From Octopus bimaculoides (taxonomy: Eukaryota), in contig NC_068992.1 in the NCBI RefSeq assembly GCF_001194135.2, positions 55,328,723-55,392,722 of the forward strand: a stretch of DNA of 64,000 bases, written 5' to 3'. Made by a program: the position numbers and the translations under genes. Below, piece by piece: positions 1-14,652 of the stretch. The notes under the pieces were generated by a model. The model had not been told where the DNA came from. It searched no databases and saw only the letters and a program-made list of their open reading frames with translations. Positions within the stretch are counted from its first letter, which is position 1. Every line of letters starts with the position of its first letter.

Positions 1-2247
1 AAGTAACTTTGAAATATAAATCGGTGCGCGTGTAAGTGTGTGTGTTTGCGTGCGTGCATGTGTGCGTGCATGTGTGTGTATTATTTCTATTGATATATTT
101 CTACGCCACAAGGTGGACATGAAAAAGCATCAAGAGATATGAAATAAATTGTTTTTACCGATAAAAAGAGAAACGAAATTTCTAAATATTTACGACGTAA
201 ACAGCACAATTCTCTCAAGTAAGAACAAAGCTTCCAAACTGGATGGAAGAAATTCTAGGCATTGCTTTGTTATACTGCAAGACTGTCTGTGTATAGGTGT
301 CGGCTCCATGATCAAACTTCAACTTTTACCCCATCCAAGAGGTTTTTTTAACCCCATATTCTACAGCTATTTTTATAGCTTTAGCTACGGATTGACCTGC
401 TGTTAAAAATAATTTTATGCATTTCTATTTTATATCACATTATACATTGTAGCCTCTGTAAATAACGCCAAAAATCACTCTTGTTGATTTTTGCGAATTA
501 GTTATTTGACAACAGCAAGTATTGACTTATTTTCAAAATTATTTGCTTCATACACATTTATTATAATACATTCAAATCGCTAGTTGTTCCATTATTTACA
601 TATCTTAGTTTGTATCAATAATTTACATTTATAAACAAATTCTAGATAGTTCCTCAAAGTTGAAAAGCTGTAAGACTCTATTAAGTAAAAATATGTAAAG
701 TCATGTTTGTTTACCACTAATCAATGTAGGCTATGGCTATATTTTTGTGGTACTTCAACGAGGTACAGAACAACACGGCTGACCTGAGAATCGCGCCAAA
801 AGTATACCTTCCTTCTGAGTGAACTTGCAAACATATAAACTTCAGTAAAGGCGATAATTCAATACATGATTGCTCGACCACTGCATCTAAAGTGCTACTG
901 TCGTTTATGGCTTAAAGAAAATAATGTTTGGTGATCCAAAAATCCTGACTAGGCACATGACGTAGATATCACTGGGGACAATTTGGCTAACATGGTTAAT
1001 ACTCTCTCGTGACAAGTTATCTCCACCTAGCGGCAAGCAAAATATCGTTAGACAAGAATCGAGAGTTACCAAAATTTCTGCTATTTATAATAACACAAGA
1101 CAACGAGACTGTTTGACCTTTCATTGGATGTTTGTCACATAGAAGTCGTACGACAGTCAGTCTCACAAGGCAATGGGAACTTAGATTTAAAATTATTCTC
1201 TCTAAACAAATATTCTGACTAAAATTAATATTTCATAACTCACTGTAGATTTTTAAGCACGCTAGTCACCAACTCGTACATTTCTATATTCCACGCATAT
1301 CTACAGCATATTAACAAAGTATATACTTTATAAAGCATTTACAATCTCCGAGACAACGTTCAAAACGGTATAATCAGATTTAGCAGTTGCTAATCTTAAT
1401 GATATTTCTAGTTCTCATTATTTGTTACACAGTGCTGCTATTATCAAGAAAGAGTCTCTTTCAGTAGCAGGCCTATTGAAATTATTTCACCCAGTGTGAA
1501 ATAAATTTCCCGTTCAAAGAAAGGATAAAATCACCGGAAGAACTTGATCTGCATATTATTATTTTGCATTCCTAAAGTTCACTGCGTTGCTTTAATTTTG
1601 TTTTCTCTTAAATGAAAATGAACATAGTGACATTGTCCTTCGTAAAAAATTATGCATCACGTGGAAGAGCGTCAGTCATACGCAGTTTCACAATAACGCT
1701 TAGCGTCCATCAGAAGTTTTCTTCTCGTCAAAATTTGACTATTCATTATTTCAATTTTATGAATCTTTCTTGATTTTTACGTCTTTAAGTTAAAGCAAAA
1801 ACAGCAAATCCATTAGAGAAATTCGTAGTTACAACGAGTCAATTCATCGCTTTATAAAAAGGGTGTATGGGGGAGGGCAGTTTTGATTGTGGTCGGGGGT
1901 ATGTTTTAAGCATTTTATCGGTTGCAGAATTCAAGCCAGTTACTAACAATATAACAAAACATATTTTGTTTAAGTCAAGACAGTTGTCGGAGTACGTGGT
2001 CGCTTGCAGTGGTTTTTATGTGTGTACGAGTTTGTGAGCGGTGCACTTGTGATTGTGCGTAACACAGAACAAGAGTATGCATGTTCCATTTCTGTCTTTA
2101 AGTGTTCTTGTAAATATATTCTATACATATATACATATATATATATATTTATATTCATACATACGTATATGTATAAACACACAAATACCACACACACACA
2201 CACACAAACACACACACATATATATATATGTATATATATATATATAA

Positions 2248-2547
2248 CTGGCTCTCCGTCAATTACGACGACAAGGATTCCAGTTGATCCGATCAACTGA
2301 ACAGCCTGCTCGCGAAGTTAACGTGCAAGTGGCTGTGCACTCCACAGACAAGCGTAACCTTAACGGAGTCTTCAGGAAGATTCAGCGAGACACAGACTTT
2401 GATACGACGGGCTCATTGAAATACAGTGGACTGGAGCAACGTGAGATAAAGTGTCTTGCTCAATGGCATAACGCGTGACCGGGAATTGAGCTCACGACCT
2501 TGCGATCGTGAGTTGAATACCCTAACCACTAAGCCACGTGCCTTCAC
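2248..2547 (-). mobile_element. tRNA-derived SINE family A (internal deletion)
   Basis: Minus-strand head gtgaaggcacgtggcttagtggttaggg...gagctcaattcccgg, central ttgagcaagacactttatctcacgttgctccag, tail gttgatcggatcaactggaatcc...tcgtcgtaa; shared with copies at 28667 and 32838. Confidence 0.85.
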
Positions 2548-3142
2548 ACACACACACACACACACNNNNNNNNNNNNNNNNNNNNNNNNNNNNNNNNNNN
2601 NNNNNNNNNNNNNNNNNNNNNNNNNNNNNNNNNNNNNNNNNNNNNNNNNNNNNNNNNNNNNNNNNNNNNNNNNNNNNNNNNNNNNNNNNNNNNNNNNNNN
2701 NNNNNNNNNNNNNNNNNNNNNNNNNNNNNNNNNNNNNNNNNNNNNNNNNNNNNNNNNNNNNNNNNNNNNNNNNNNNNNNNNNNNNNNNNNNNNNNNNNNN
2801 NNNNNNNNNNNNNNNNNNNNNNNNNNNNNNNNNNNNNNNNNNNNNNNNNNNNNNNNNNNNNNNNNNNNNNNNNNNNNNNNNNNNNNNNNNNNNNNNNNNN
2901 NNNNNNNNNNNNNNNNNNNNNNNNNNNNNNNNNNNNNNNNNNNNNNNNNNNNNNNNNNNNNNNNNNNNNNNNNNNNNNNNNNNNNNNNNNNNNNNNNNNN
3001 NNNNNNNNNNNNNNNNNNNNNNNNNNNNNNNNNNNNNNNNNNNNNNNNNNNNNNNNNNNNNNNNNNNNNNNNNNNNNNNNNNNNNNNNNNNNNNNNNNNN
3101 NNNNNNNNNNNNNNNNNNNNNNNNTGTGTGTGTGTGTGTGTC

Positions 3143-3487
3143 TTCAAATCATTCTAGAATCAATAAACATAGTTTTAAATCGCTAAAACGTCTAAAATAG
3201 CAAGATAATATAAAAGTGCACAGGCATATACAAAGACATAAACTTCATAAATATAATGAATGTTTAAAATATTTATTCAAAAATATGTATAAACACGCAT
3301 AGTTTCCAAGTTGTATAAATATATTTAACAATTTAAGACAATATATATTCCGATATATAAACGTTCAGTATGAATTAACATACAGTGGGTAATTATATAT
3401 GATATGATGTGTAATATCATAGTTTCTTACTATTTTAGACATTTTAGAGACTTAAAACTATATTTATTGATTCTAGAATGATTTGAA
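3143..3487. mobile_element. MITE-like element, ~60-bp terminal inverted repeats, AT-rich interior
   Basis: ttcaaatcattctagaatcaataaacatagttttaaatcgctaaaacgtctaaaatag (3143-3200) versus the reverse complement of ctattttagacattttagagacttaaaactatatttattgattctagaatgatttgaa (3430-3487). Confidence 0.7.
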
Positions 3488-3626
3488 CACAAACATATAT
3501 ATCAAATCTTGTGTTGGATATGCAGTATTGTTCCTGTGGTCTTCCACCCTTATGTCTCCATTCTAACTATAATTTGAATTCTAGCTCATGCTGAGCACTT
3601 CAACTCTAGCCTGATTTTATGTACTG

Positions 3627-3670
<44 letters not shown>

Positions 3671-4139
3671 TGTGTGCGTGCGTGCGTGCGTGCGTGCGCG
3701 TATGTACGCATGCATTTAAGTACTGAAAATTGTAGGCAGCAGGAAGTATGAAATATCGGGCCACTATATTAAAAGTATTCATTTCAGAAAGCAATATGTC
3801 ATCTGAGAGAAATGATGAATTTCTAAAAGAATACGTTTCTAAGAACGGTTTATTCAATTTGAGGTACATATGTCCACCGACGTACTTGTGTAAATAGACG
3901 CTCGTCTTCATTGTAAATCTTCCGTGTCGTTAAACATAACTATTCATTTCAGAATATGTGATTTTCATTGGTTTGAAGGAGACAAACATTGGCATACACA
4001 TAAAATTCACGTCCTTACTACTATCTAATGATGCATAATATATTACCATTGGTGTAAATATTAGATTCTTACATACATAACTACATACGTACATACATAC
4101 ATACATACATGCATACATACATACACACATAGGTATATA

Positions 4140-4330
<191 letters not shown>

Positions 4331-4415
4331 ACACGTGTATATATGCATATATTAGTATGTATATATATATGTGTGTGTGTGTGTGTATATATATGTGTGT
4401 GTGTGTATGTGTGTG

Positions 4416-4466
<51 letters not shown>

Positions 4467-4978
4467 CTGTATATATGAATGGTTAAATGCTTTTATGAAC
4501 GTATATATTAATATTAGTTTGTATATATATTTTCCTCTCACCACAACGATTGTAATACCATTCATTCCCTTTCAATTTTGAATTACGGAGTAGAAAGCGG
4601 AGTAGAAAGCGGAAAGCGAATCGCTTCGAATCCTCAGGTGAAAGAGTCATACTTACATAATTTCGACAAGTTCTAGATTTCTATATATGGAACAATTTAA
4701 TCTGCTAGTACCATGAAACAAACTTTTCTATCAAAGCTTTTTATCCATGTTTGGCTAATGTCCAAATTTATGTGAAAATAAATGATAAAGCGTGAAGCTC
4801 ATTCGCTAATTGTATGCATCAGCTTCATCCCAGTCGTAAAAATTAGCAATGGTTGTGGTCTGTATTCTAAGTAAAGTTTTTTCTTCAAAGGTTATTGAGA
4901 TAGCTGAACCTCCGACACATGTAACAGAAATAATCCCACATAAGCCTGACATTAAGTGCATGTATGTTCGAATTATCG

Positions 4979-5018
<40 letters not shown>

Positions 5019-5261
5019 ACAGGTTTCTTTCAATTTCTGTTTACCAAATCCAGCCACAACACATTTGGCGGTTCATTGCTACTGTAAAAGACATTTATCC
5101 AAAGTGTCACTGATGCATTTGGGTAAGTCTATGCCTGTATCATCAGACAATTGCAAAAAAAGCTTAAAAGAAAATCAAAACACTGCAAAAATCCAGTACA
5201 AATTCTTCATGGTTCAAAATGTTTCTTACTTTTTGCTCAACCTGAGTTATATACGTCAGGT

Positions 5262-5610
5262 TAATAAGGGTACACCAGGCACATTAATGACAACTTTATG
5301 TGTGCGACATGGTGATCTCACCTCAAGATAAACAGCGCATGACCTTGCAGGTAAGGCCTGATTGTTTTAGGATGTTGAACGAAACACCCATACTTCGAAA
5401 GGTGAATTATCCAATCCCAAAGAACTCCTTCCAACACATGGCTATGATGTTCTCTGACTACTTCTGCTCGTGATCAGAGATGCATATATCCTCAGCCACT
5501 ATAGGGTATGCTCAAATGGTTAAAGTCAAACATATGACCAACAAATCTGTGATATTGAACAGAATACTTGCTGTATCTTTTATACCAAGACAAAACAATG
5601 TTATTATTAC

Positions 5611-5701
<91 letters not shown>

Positions 5702-5935
5702 GAGTGAGAGAGCAGAGCATGCCATCAANNNNNNNNNNATCAGATATGCACATATCGTCAGCCACCAAGCAACATGCTCAACTGGTTAAGGTCAAACAAC
5801 TGACAAGCAAATCTGTGGTATTAAGCAGAATATTTGCTATAGCCCATCTGTTATACCAAGACAAAACAATATACATGGTAACACTTCCAATCACTTAACA
5901 TGAAAAGCCATGAGAGCCACTGCCTGGAATTGCAA
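5262..5935 (-). mobile_element. Two tandem copies of family D separated by (ATT)n
   Basis: 5470-5600 and 5740-5870 are diverged duplicates (atcaga.atgca.atatc.tcagccac...ttataccaagacaaaacaat). Confidence 0.8.
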
Positions 5936-6020
5936 TATATAAAAACGTCTGAGACGTTTACAGAAATTGTGTTTTACATATACCACCGTAACAAGTAAGT
6001 CATTGCACCTGACTTTGAAA

Positions 6021-6085
<65 letters not shown>

Positions 6086-6937
6086 NNNNNNNNNNNNNNN
6101 NNNNNNNNNNNNNNNNNNNNNNNNNNNNNNNNNNNNNNNNNNNNNNNNNNNNNNNNNNNNNNNNNNNNNNNNNNNNNNNNNNNNNNNNNNNNNNNNNNNN
6201 NNNNNNNNNNNNNNNNNNNNNNNNNNNNNNNNNNNNNNNNNNNNNNNNNNNNNNNNNNNNNNNNNNNNNNNNNNNNNNNNNNNNNNNNNNNNNNNNNNNN
6301 NNNNNNNNNNNNNNNNNNNNNNNNNNNNNNNNNNNNNNNNNNNNNNNNNNNNNNNNNNNNNNNNNNNNNNNNNNNNNNNNNNNNNNNNNNNNNNNNNNNN
6401 NNNNNNNNNNNNNNNNNNNNNNNNNNNNNNNNNNNNNNNNNNNNNNNNNNNNNNNNNNNNNNNNNNNNNNNNNNNNNNNNNNNNNNNNNNNNNNNNNNNN
6501 NNNNNNNNNNNNNNNNNNNNNNNNNNNNNNNNNNNNNNNNNNNNNNNNNNNNNNNNNNNNNNNNNNNNNNNNNNNNNNNNNNNNNNNNNNNNNNNNNNNN
6601 NNNNNNNNNNNNNNNNNNNNNNNNNNNNNNNNNNNNNNNNNNNNNNNNNNNNNNNNNNNNNNNNNNNNNNNNNNNNNNNNNNNNNNNNNNNNNNNNNNNN
6701 NNNNNNNNNNNNNNNNNNNNNNNNNNNNNNNNNNNNNNNNNNNNNNNNNNNNNNNNNNNNNTAGAGATTTAATACTACACTGAGATACTAAGATGCTAAA
6801 CTTTTGATATACGTGGCATAGATGTTGTTCGATGACATCCTATATGTAAGATGTGCGTTTGCGGCCTGCTTTTGTTATTTTCTATCAAATGAACAATAAC
6901 TACATTTACACAATGCTGCTTACGTAGACATGGTGAG

Positions 6938-7298
6938 TGGAGGCGCAATGGCCCAGTGGTTAGGAAAGCGGACTCGCGGTCATAGGATCGCGGTTTCGAT
7001 TCCCAGACTGGGCGTTGTGAGTGTTTATTGAGCGAAAACACCTAAAGCTCCACGAGGCCCCGGCAGGGGATGGTGGCGAACCCTGCTGTACTCTTTCACC
7101 ACAACTTTCTCTCACTCTTTCTTCCTGTTTCTGCTGTACCTGAATTTCAAAGGACAAGCCTTGACACACTCCCCGAGAATTACGTTAAGGGTATACGTGT
7201 CTGTGGAATACTCAGCCATTTGCACGTTAATTTCAGAAGCAGGTGGTTCCGTTGATTGGTTCAACTGGAACCCTCGTCGTCGTAACCGACAGAGTGCC
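6938..7298 (+). mobile_element. SINE family A variant: same tail, different middle module
   Basis: A-box tggcccagtggtt, B-box gtttcgattccc, tail ttccgttgattggttcaactggaaccctcgtcgtcgtaaccgac. Confidence 0.8.
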
Positions 7299-7708
7299 GT
7301 AGTATATACAGACATGGTGAACAGATTTGTGCACGTATTCAAATAATGGCAGACATAGAACTGTGTGATTGCTCTGTATTTGTGGGCGTGCACGACAGCC
7401 TATTTTGCTTATGCGTGTACGTACGTATGTGAATACATGTTTGATTTTGTGTGAATATGTGCGTTTGCGTAAATAGATGCATACATAAGCATATCTATAA
7501 ATATTCATGTATGATCCTGTTTATAAGTGTCAGCATTGTAATACGACTTATAAGAAAAGAATTCTGTTTTTTTTTTTGCTTGTTAATATTTACACACTCT
7601 CTACATGCACAAGAACATATGTGTGCATCTGTATGTCCTTATATATATGTGGGGCGTGTATACATACACACACACATACATATATATATATGTAGGTATG
7701 ATTATATT

Positions 7709-7792
<84 letters not shown>

Positions 7793-8781
7793 GTTTCTGG
7801 TGTGTGTGTGTGTATGTGTGTGTGTGTGTGTGTACAGAGAATGCGTGAGCAATGGATGGCGAAACGGACAGAAGTAAGGCACCAGTACAAACATGTTTAT
7901 ACTAAACATATAAACATACCGTTTGCCTTGTTGCGAAAAGTAGAGACTGTTGTTAAACCACCTGTTTTTCTCTTTGTGACCAAGATAACAGAGCGACCTG
8001 ACTATTTTCAGCGATTTTATTTATATATATACATATATTTATTTATTTATTTATTTACATATATATATATATATTTTATTCTATTTCCTCAAACAGTAAA
8101 TCCTGGTTTTACTCACCGGAAAAATATAAAAGAATGCCACTTTTGCCGGCTTAGATTTGTTTATGCTCTACACAAATGCGCGTATTGAAAGAAATCGCTT
8201 TTTGCCAGGTTGCTTAAAATCATCTGCTTTTTACAGCAGGAATTTTTACAGTATGAGTTACTACAATGTATGCTCGGAAATCTTACCATGCATCCTTATT
8301 AATTACGGAAATGAAACGTTGTATTAATTAGCATTAGAGATTTCAATCCAGGCTCTCTCATGAAAATTTAGGGTAAATTAATTTGAGATTATCCTAGTTG
8401 TGATTCGTGTAAGCGACTATAATCAACATATCGATCTATGCTCGGGTGATTAATAACGCAAGCTTCATCAGATGTAGCAATAAAAAAATATCTCCTAGAA
8501 CTTGTAAAATTGACACCCTGTGTTTTTGTTTCCCCCCCCCCCTTTTGATATTTAAAACCGCAGATTGAAATGCAATGTAACTCTTTATATCAGCGTAAAA
8601 CAGTAATGTTTCATACACAAACACACACACACAAACATCCACACACACACACAAACATACATACATACATACATACACACATACGTACGTACACACATAC
8701 ATACACACATACATACATATATACATACATACATATATACATACATATATACATACATACATACATGCTCATACGTGCATG

Positions 8782-8830
<49 letters not shown>

Positions 8831-9175
8831 GTATGTGTATGCACATATTTGTATTCATTGCGACTGTAGATCTCATAGTCAAAAGTTGCCCGTTGAACTC
8901 TTTTATACGAAAGATATTTTTAGCTAAATTTATAGCTTTAGCTGCTTCGAGATCTATAATTCGTGAACAAGAGTAATTTTACGTTCCCTCAAAGTTTGTA
9001 ACATTTTATAATATCAACAATACATATATACACATATGCAAACACAAGTCCTTATGTATCATACTTTACGTAAATGTCTTCTTGAAAGGCAAGTTACTAA
9101 TTATTACTGCGGTATTCTTCCAGACATAACTTCTCATATCAATGTGTTCTGTTTAAAAACACATTATATATATAT

Positions 9176-9226
<51 letters not shown>

Positions 9227-12177
9227 TCGGAGAGACATGAAAATTGTCCCGGCAGCTAGCGAGAATGCAGATGCATTTCAGTGTAGCTCAGCTTTTTTAA
9301 AGCGTGTACTCACTACCTAGAAGAGGTTTATCGCACCCGATATAAAGGAAACAGTAAGTAAAACTTTCACCACTATTATGAATAGCCGCTCTGGCTGAAT
9401 AAAATCCGTAATATGCAATTGAAGCAGTATTAGATTAAAATAAGCATCTATGTGCCATACTTACTGTAAATACATCATTTAAAGGCAAATTAGTGGAATA
9501 TTCATCAATAGATAACTACTATTACGCATGTGCTTTGTTTAGAAACACAATATATATTGGAAGGAGACGAAAATCACTCCAGCAGCTGCCAGCCGGAACG
9601 TCAGGTGCATTTCGTCGTAGGTGTGTCTGATGATTAAAGGTATGTACTCACAACATAAATGCTTGAACAAGATTTGTTACATTCCATATATAGGAAACAT
9701 GGAATAAAACTTTCAACAGTTTTGCGAGTGCAGAAATATTTGAACAACTGAATGGTGGTTGTGAATTGCGAGATTTGTTTGATTCATGGTCTGTACCAAG
9801 TGAATAGCTTGATGATAAAAATATTGTGGTGGCAGGGCTGTAGTAGTATTGGAGAGGGAAAGGTGTACAGTGAAGTGCACCAATTTGGAGATGGTGGCAG
9901 GAAAGTAACAATGAGGAGAGAGGAGATTATTGCGTGAGACTCAAAAAGAGAGAGAGTGTGTGTTTGTGGCCTATCAATATTGCTGAATTGGGGTGGACAT
10001 TTTTTTTTTAAATCAAGGAGAGAGAAATGGAAATTGGAAGAGAAGAGAAATGAGGAGAGATAATATCGTTAAAAAATAAGTGAAAGCAGATAAGTAAACA
10101 AAAGAAAACTGATACTAAAGATTGCGCAAATCTCAAGTTAATGATATTTGATACTACTCGCATTATCGTCACTATTACCATCATAACCATTTATTTGGAG
10201 ATATTGAACCACTTGATCAAGAATAGCTGTAAAATATAAATTGAATGAAAAATAGAATAATGAGTAAGATAATTAAAGTATAAAAATATCAATAAGCATT
10301 CAAATAACGGGAAAGGTACATTAATGACGATCTACAAGCTGCTAAATAAATAAAGTGATATATAAATGATTCAAATTTAGTATTTTTATAATAATTATTA
10401 TCGCATCCATTATCAGCAACTTGTAAAACTTCCTGGGCCATTAGATCAGAACCGACTGTAGGAGCGAACTTAAATGAAAGATAAATTAAGGAATTGATGA
10501 TACTTAACACATAAATCTTAATTACAAACATCATCATCAACAACCAGAAGATAACTATTAGTCCATTAAATCAGAAAAGATTCCAATGAAATTTAAAGTT
10601 AATGAAAAATGCTGAAAAGCTATATTATAGGACTTAAGGGCTGATTTTCTTCCGGTAATAACATTAAACAGATGAAATATTTAAAGCGTTAAGAATTTGA
10701 AACATTAAAGCAGAATGAAAAATTAAGACCCATATTTTAAATTTTTAATGTTGTTTGACAAAATTAGTTTGCCTGGAGTCAAAGAAAGAATAGGACTGTA
10801 AAACGACAATTTAATTTTAAATTTAAATACTTTTATGATTTGAATATTTTTTTAGTTATCAAAATATATAACTCGGTTAGTTGTCAGCCGCTAAATAATC
10901 AGAAAAATCATTTTGAGCATTAATGATGAGAATAAAAGTATGCAACACAAGAGGATGATAAACTAAAGATGAGGAAACTACGACAGAAACACAATCGATT
11001 ATCATATTATTAGATTATCATATCAGAATAACTTATTTAGTAGGAATTGTAGTTGTTGTACCTACATCTACTGGAAGCCGAACACATCTAACCAGAAGTC
11101 ACTAGCTTCGTACGTCTGGGAAATGAAAAATAAGCCGTTATATTTACACGTAATTTGGAAATTTGGAAAAGATTTATATCGTACTCGGATAATAAGCTAT
11201 GCACACCATAGAAAATGTATGCATTCGATTTCGTATGGTTCTTCTTCCGGATAAACAGTCTGACCTTTTTCATTACGCATGCATAGGATTTTCAATTTAT
11301 ACAAACATTTCAAATCTATTACCTACAATTAACAGGAGCATGCTAATCTTTCAGTTCTGCATCCAATATAAAACCATTATCAATTTTAAATTCTTGACTG
11401 CGTAATTAAATGTCATGGTTATTCCTGTAACAGTGTTAATTATCCATCAAAAAATACAATTCATATTTTCAGCTTCTCCAGTAGCTCCTGTAGGTACGCT
11501 TTTCATATCCACCGCTAAACCTATTTAGTTCATACTCTATAAACGGGGCCGCTTCTCGTAGCATAAGCAAAGGTCTTTTTTTTTTAATTTTTCAAAAGGA
11601 TAGAGCACACTCGATTTCCACAGTTAATCGTTACAAGATTTTGAGCGGATATATCTGCTTTGCACATTCGGTGTTAATACCTGTAGATTAATCATGATCT
11701 ATTATGACAATTCACACACACACACAAGCACAACACACGCAAACACAAACGCGCGCACACATACACACACAAAAACACACAAACACACACACACACATAT
11801 GTATACATATTCTATTCTTTCAGTATACCACTATAGAAATTCTCCAAGTGCCCATAGCCACTTTATTCTGCATAATTAACCGTTTTCTATTATCCCTAGT
11901 CCCTTTCATCTTTCTTATGTATTACGATTCCCCTTTAGCAAATATTCCTAAATTCATTCCATTTTTCTATACGGATTCGCATCCATACATTCCTCCCATA
12001 ACTTTATATAAATACAATATTCCACAAATTATATATACTTATTATATTATTCTATTTAGTCAGGATTGTCGCAATTGATATCATTTTATATATTTCTTGC
12101 ATTCTTTTAAAACTAGATGATGAAACACAATTTCAAATTCCAATACTTTTTTGCCAGATTTTACTCTGACCATATGC

Positions 12178-12211
<34 letters not shown>

Positions 12212-12394
12212 GCATACATATTGGTAATTATATATACATATGTATGTAATATATATTTGCATGTATATGTATCTATGTATGTCATTGTTCAGTTTTATTT
12301 AAAGATTTCTTGCAAATAGAGAAAGAGCCGGTTTGTAGCCTAGATCCAAGGGACCCTCATTGAAATTTCAACATCAACAACAGTCTATTTCCTT

Positions 12395-12830
12395 CAAAGC
12401 AAACTTTGTTTACATATATCGTCATTTGAATTTCCCATACAGCGTCTATAAAAAAAGCTAGCTTTATAAGTTCAAAAATTACAAACAGATTTGTGAATAT
12501 TTTTGTTTGTATGGGTGAATATGTACGTTTGTATGCTCTGTTTTATGCATGTATTCTCACGCATATAGTTTCATATCAAAACATGCTCATATATATTTAA
12601 AGGATAAGCTTATGGAAAGTTTTACTGATTTTTACAGTTCCAGTGATGGATTAGATCTGTAGTCTTTGAATTAGCTTTCTCCTTTCTGGTTTTGAGAAGC
12701 CTAATTTCTCAAGATTGGTATTTAGGTAGTGTGTTACATATCCCAGGGTCCTAAGTATGTATGTATGTATGTATGTATGTANNNNNNNNNNTATCTATCT
12801 ATCTATCTATCTATTTATCTATCCTTCTAT

Positions 12831-12862
<32 letters not shown>

Positions 12863-13217
12863 TTATCTATCTATCTATTTATCTATCCTTCTATTTATCT
12901 ATCTATCTATCTATCTATCTATTTATCTATCTATCTATGAGTGTGTGTATGATAAGTTCAAATATACAGATATGGAGATAACTTATTCTCAAGCGCAGTA
13001 TAACGTATGTTCAGCGTGAATAGGACATTATCTTTATATTGCAGAAAAAATACGTCAGCAGCCAATTGAGAATAAATTATCTCCATATATTTCAATACAT
13101 TTCAACACTTCCTACAAAGCAAACTTTGTTTACATATATCGTCATTTGAATTTCCCATACAGCGTCTATAAAAAGCTAACTTTATAAGTTCAAAAATTGC
13201 AAACAAATGTGTGAATA
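12395..13217 (+). repeat. ~105-bp direct repeat (12395-12498 and 13115-13217), with a third diverged partial copy at 13372-13431
   Basis: caaagcaaactttgtttacatatatcgtcatttgaatttcccatacagcgtctataaaa..gcta.ctttataagttcaaaaatt is nearly identical in both main copies. Confidence 0.85.
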
Positions 13218-13291
13218 GGCGGTTTAATTTAATGGTAAAGCACTTGACCGGTAATCACAGAGATGTGAGTTCGGGTCTCATGGCTGGCCGC
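13218..13291 (+). pseudogene. tRNA-Thr-like derived sequence (SINE head or tRNA pseudogene)
   Basis: ggcggtttaatttaatggtaaagcacttgaccggtaatcacagagatgtgagttcgggtctc: D-loop TGGTAAAGC and T-arm GAGTTCG present; acceptor stem imperfect. Confidence 0.5.
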
Positions 13292-13598
13292 TGACAAATT
13301 TTTCTGCAACATAAGGATAAAATGTTGTTCATGGATTATTCTGCACTTGAGAACAAATTACCTGTATAATTTAATACATCTCAACACTTCCTACCAAGCA
13401 AATCTTGTTTACTTATATCGTAATTTGAATTATAATAAGTGCAACGTTAATGACAAGAATAATAACCAACAAGACAAATTGAAAAGCTTTATGGAAATTA
13501 ATGGAATAGAGGTCACTTTGGCATTTCCAGCTCAAGGTCATTTTCAGATAATTAATCAGAGAGAAGGAAAGAGTTACCTGAAATATATGACAATATGA

Positions 13599-13824
13599 AT
13601 TTGATCTCCTCATGATAACATGAAAACAGGTTTCTATCAAAGGTGAACACGAGATCAACCTCAAAATCTGAGGTTGAAATCCTATCGCCTACATTCTTCG
13701 CCATCTTTGTTATTGTTATTTTGCGCACGGCAATACTATAGTATGTATATCCGTTGTCATTCAGCACGAAATATCTTCAACATCTGTCGTTTTACTCCAA
13801 TAATATACACTTTCATTGCTCTCA
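13599..13824 (+). mobile_element. Inverted second copy of part of the same RTE RT segment
   Basis: Reverse complement of 13961-14193 with moderate divergence (e.g. catctttgttattgttattttgc and catctgtcgttttact shared). Confidence 0.8.
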
Positions 13825-13829
13825 AAGGA

Positions 13830-14430
13830 AAAAAACTTCCTAGACCTCTTCTTAAGTCCAAGCTTATTACACGCTGCTAAAAAGTACTGTATCACGCGAT
13901 GCAGATCCTTTTCAGAGTGAGATAAGAGATTCCGATCACCAGTGTAAAGAAGATCAAGAATGAGAGCAATGAAAGTTTTTATTACAGTAAAACGACAGAT
14001 ATTGGAAATCTTTCGTATTGAACAGCAACGGGTGTAAATGCCAGCATTGCTATGCGCAAAAGTTTGCAAAATAACAATAACAAAGATGGCAAACAATGTA
14101 GGCGACAAGAATTCAACGTCAGATTCTGAGGTTGATTTAGTGTTCATCCTTTGCAGAAACCTATGTTTCCTTGTTGTCATGAAGAGATCGAATGAGACCT
14201 GTGAACTTTGCCGGACACGCCAGCTTGAGAAGGACATCTCAAAGAGTTTAAAACTATGTAAAACTTTCGTAAGATCGATGAAACAGTGGTACAGAGCAAT
14301 TTCTTGTTCTCTGTACTTCTTTTGAACATGTTCTGTTGAATTGTACCAGGGTTTGGCTGAAAGTCACATTGCGACTCAGTAAGATTGTCTGATACAACAT
14401 TGTCTGGCAATCAACTGAGAAGTATACTTG
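13830..14430 (-). mobile_element. Decayed RTE-clade (BovB-like) LINE reverse-transcriptase fragment
   Basis: NLTESQCDFQP (cf. LPESQCGFRP), YREQ..LYHCFIDLTK, LSPTLFAIF, LILDLLYTGD..LLSHSEKDLHRVIQYFLAACNKLGL (cf. LLYADD..AHSE.DLQ...FS.AC..FGL). Confidence 0.8.
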
Positions 14431-14570
14431 GAAATATATCGCCATCAAATAACAACAGAGAAATCTCACGCTAGCTATCGCGTATGACTTTGAGTGCTTT
14501 ATTATAAAAGGAAACAGGAATAAATTGAGCTCTACGTTGTTGTTCCTTGAAAAGAGTTCACCTCTATAAT

Positions 14571-14652
<82 letters not shown>

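Noticed and set aside
1023-1034. CTCF-like motif (CCGCTAGGTGG on the minus strand)
   Set aside because: A single short match is expected by chance in 64 kb; no supporting evidence.
11050-11230. Possible Penelope GIY-YIG C-terminal remnant (SLASYVWEMKNK...IWK)
   Set aside because: Too short and decayed to call without a profile search.
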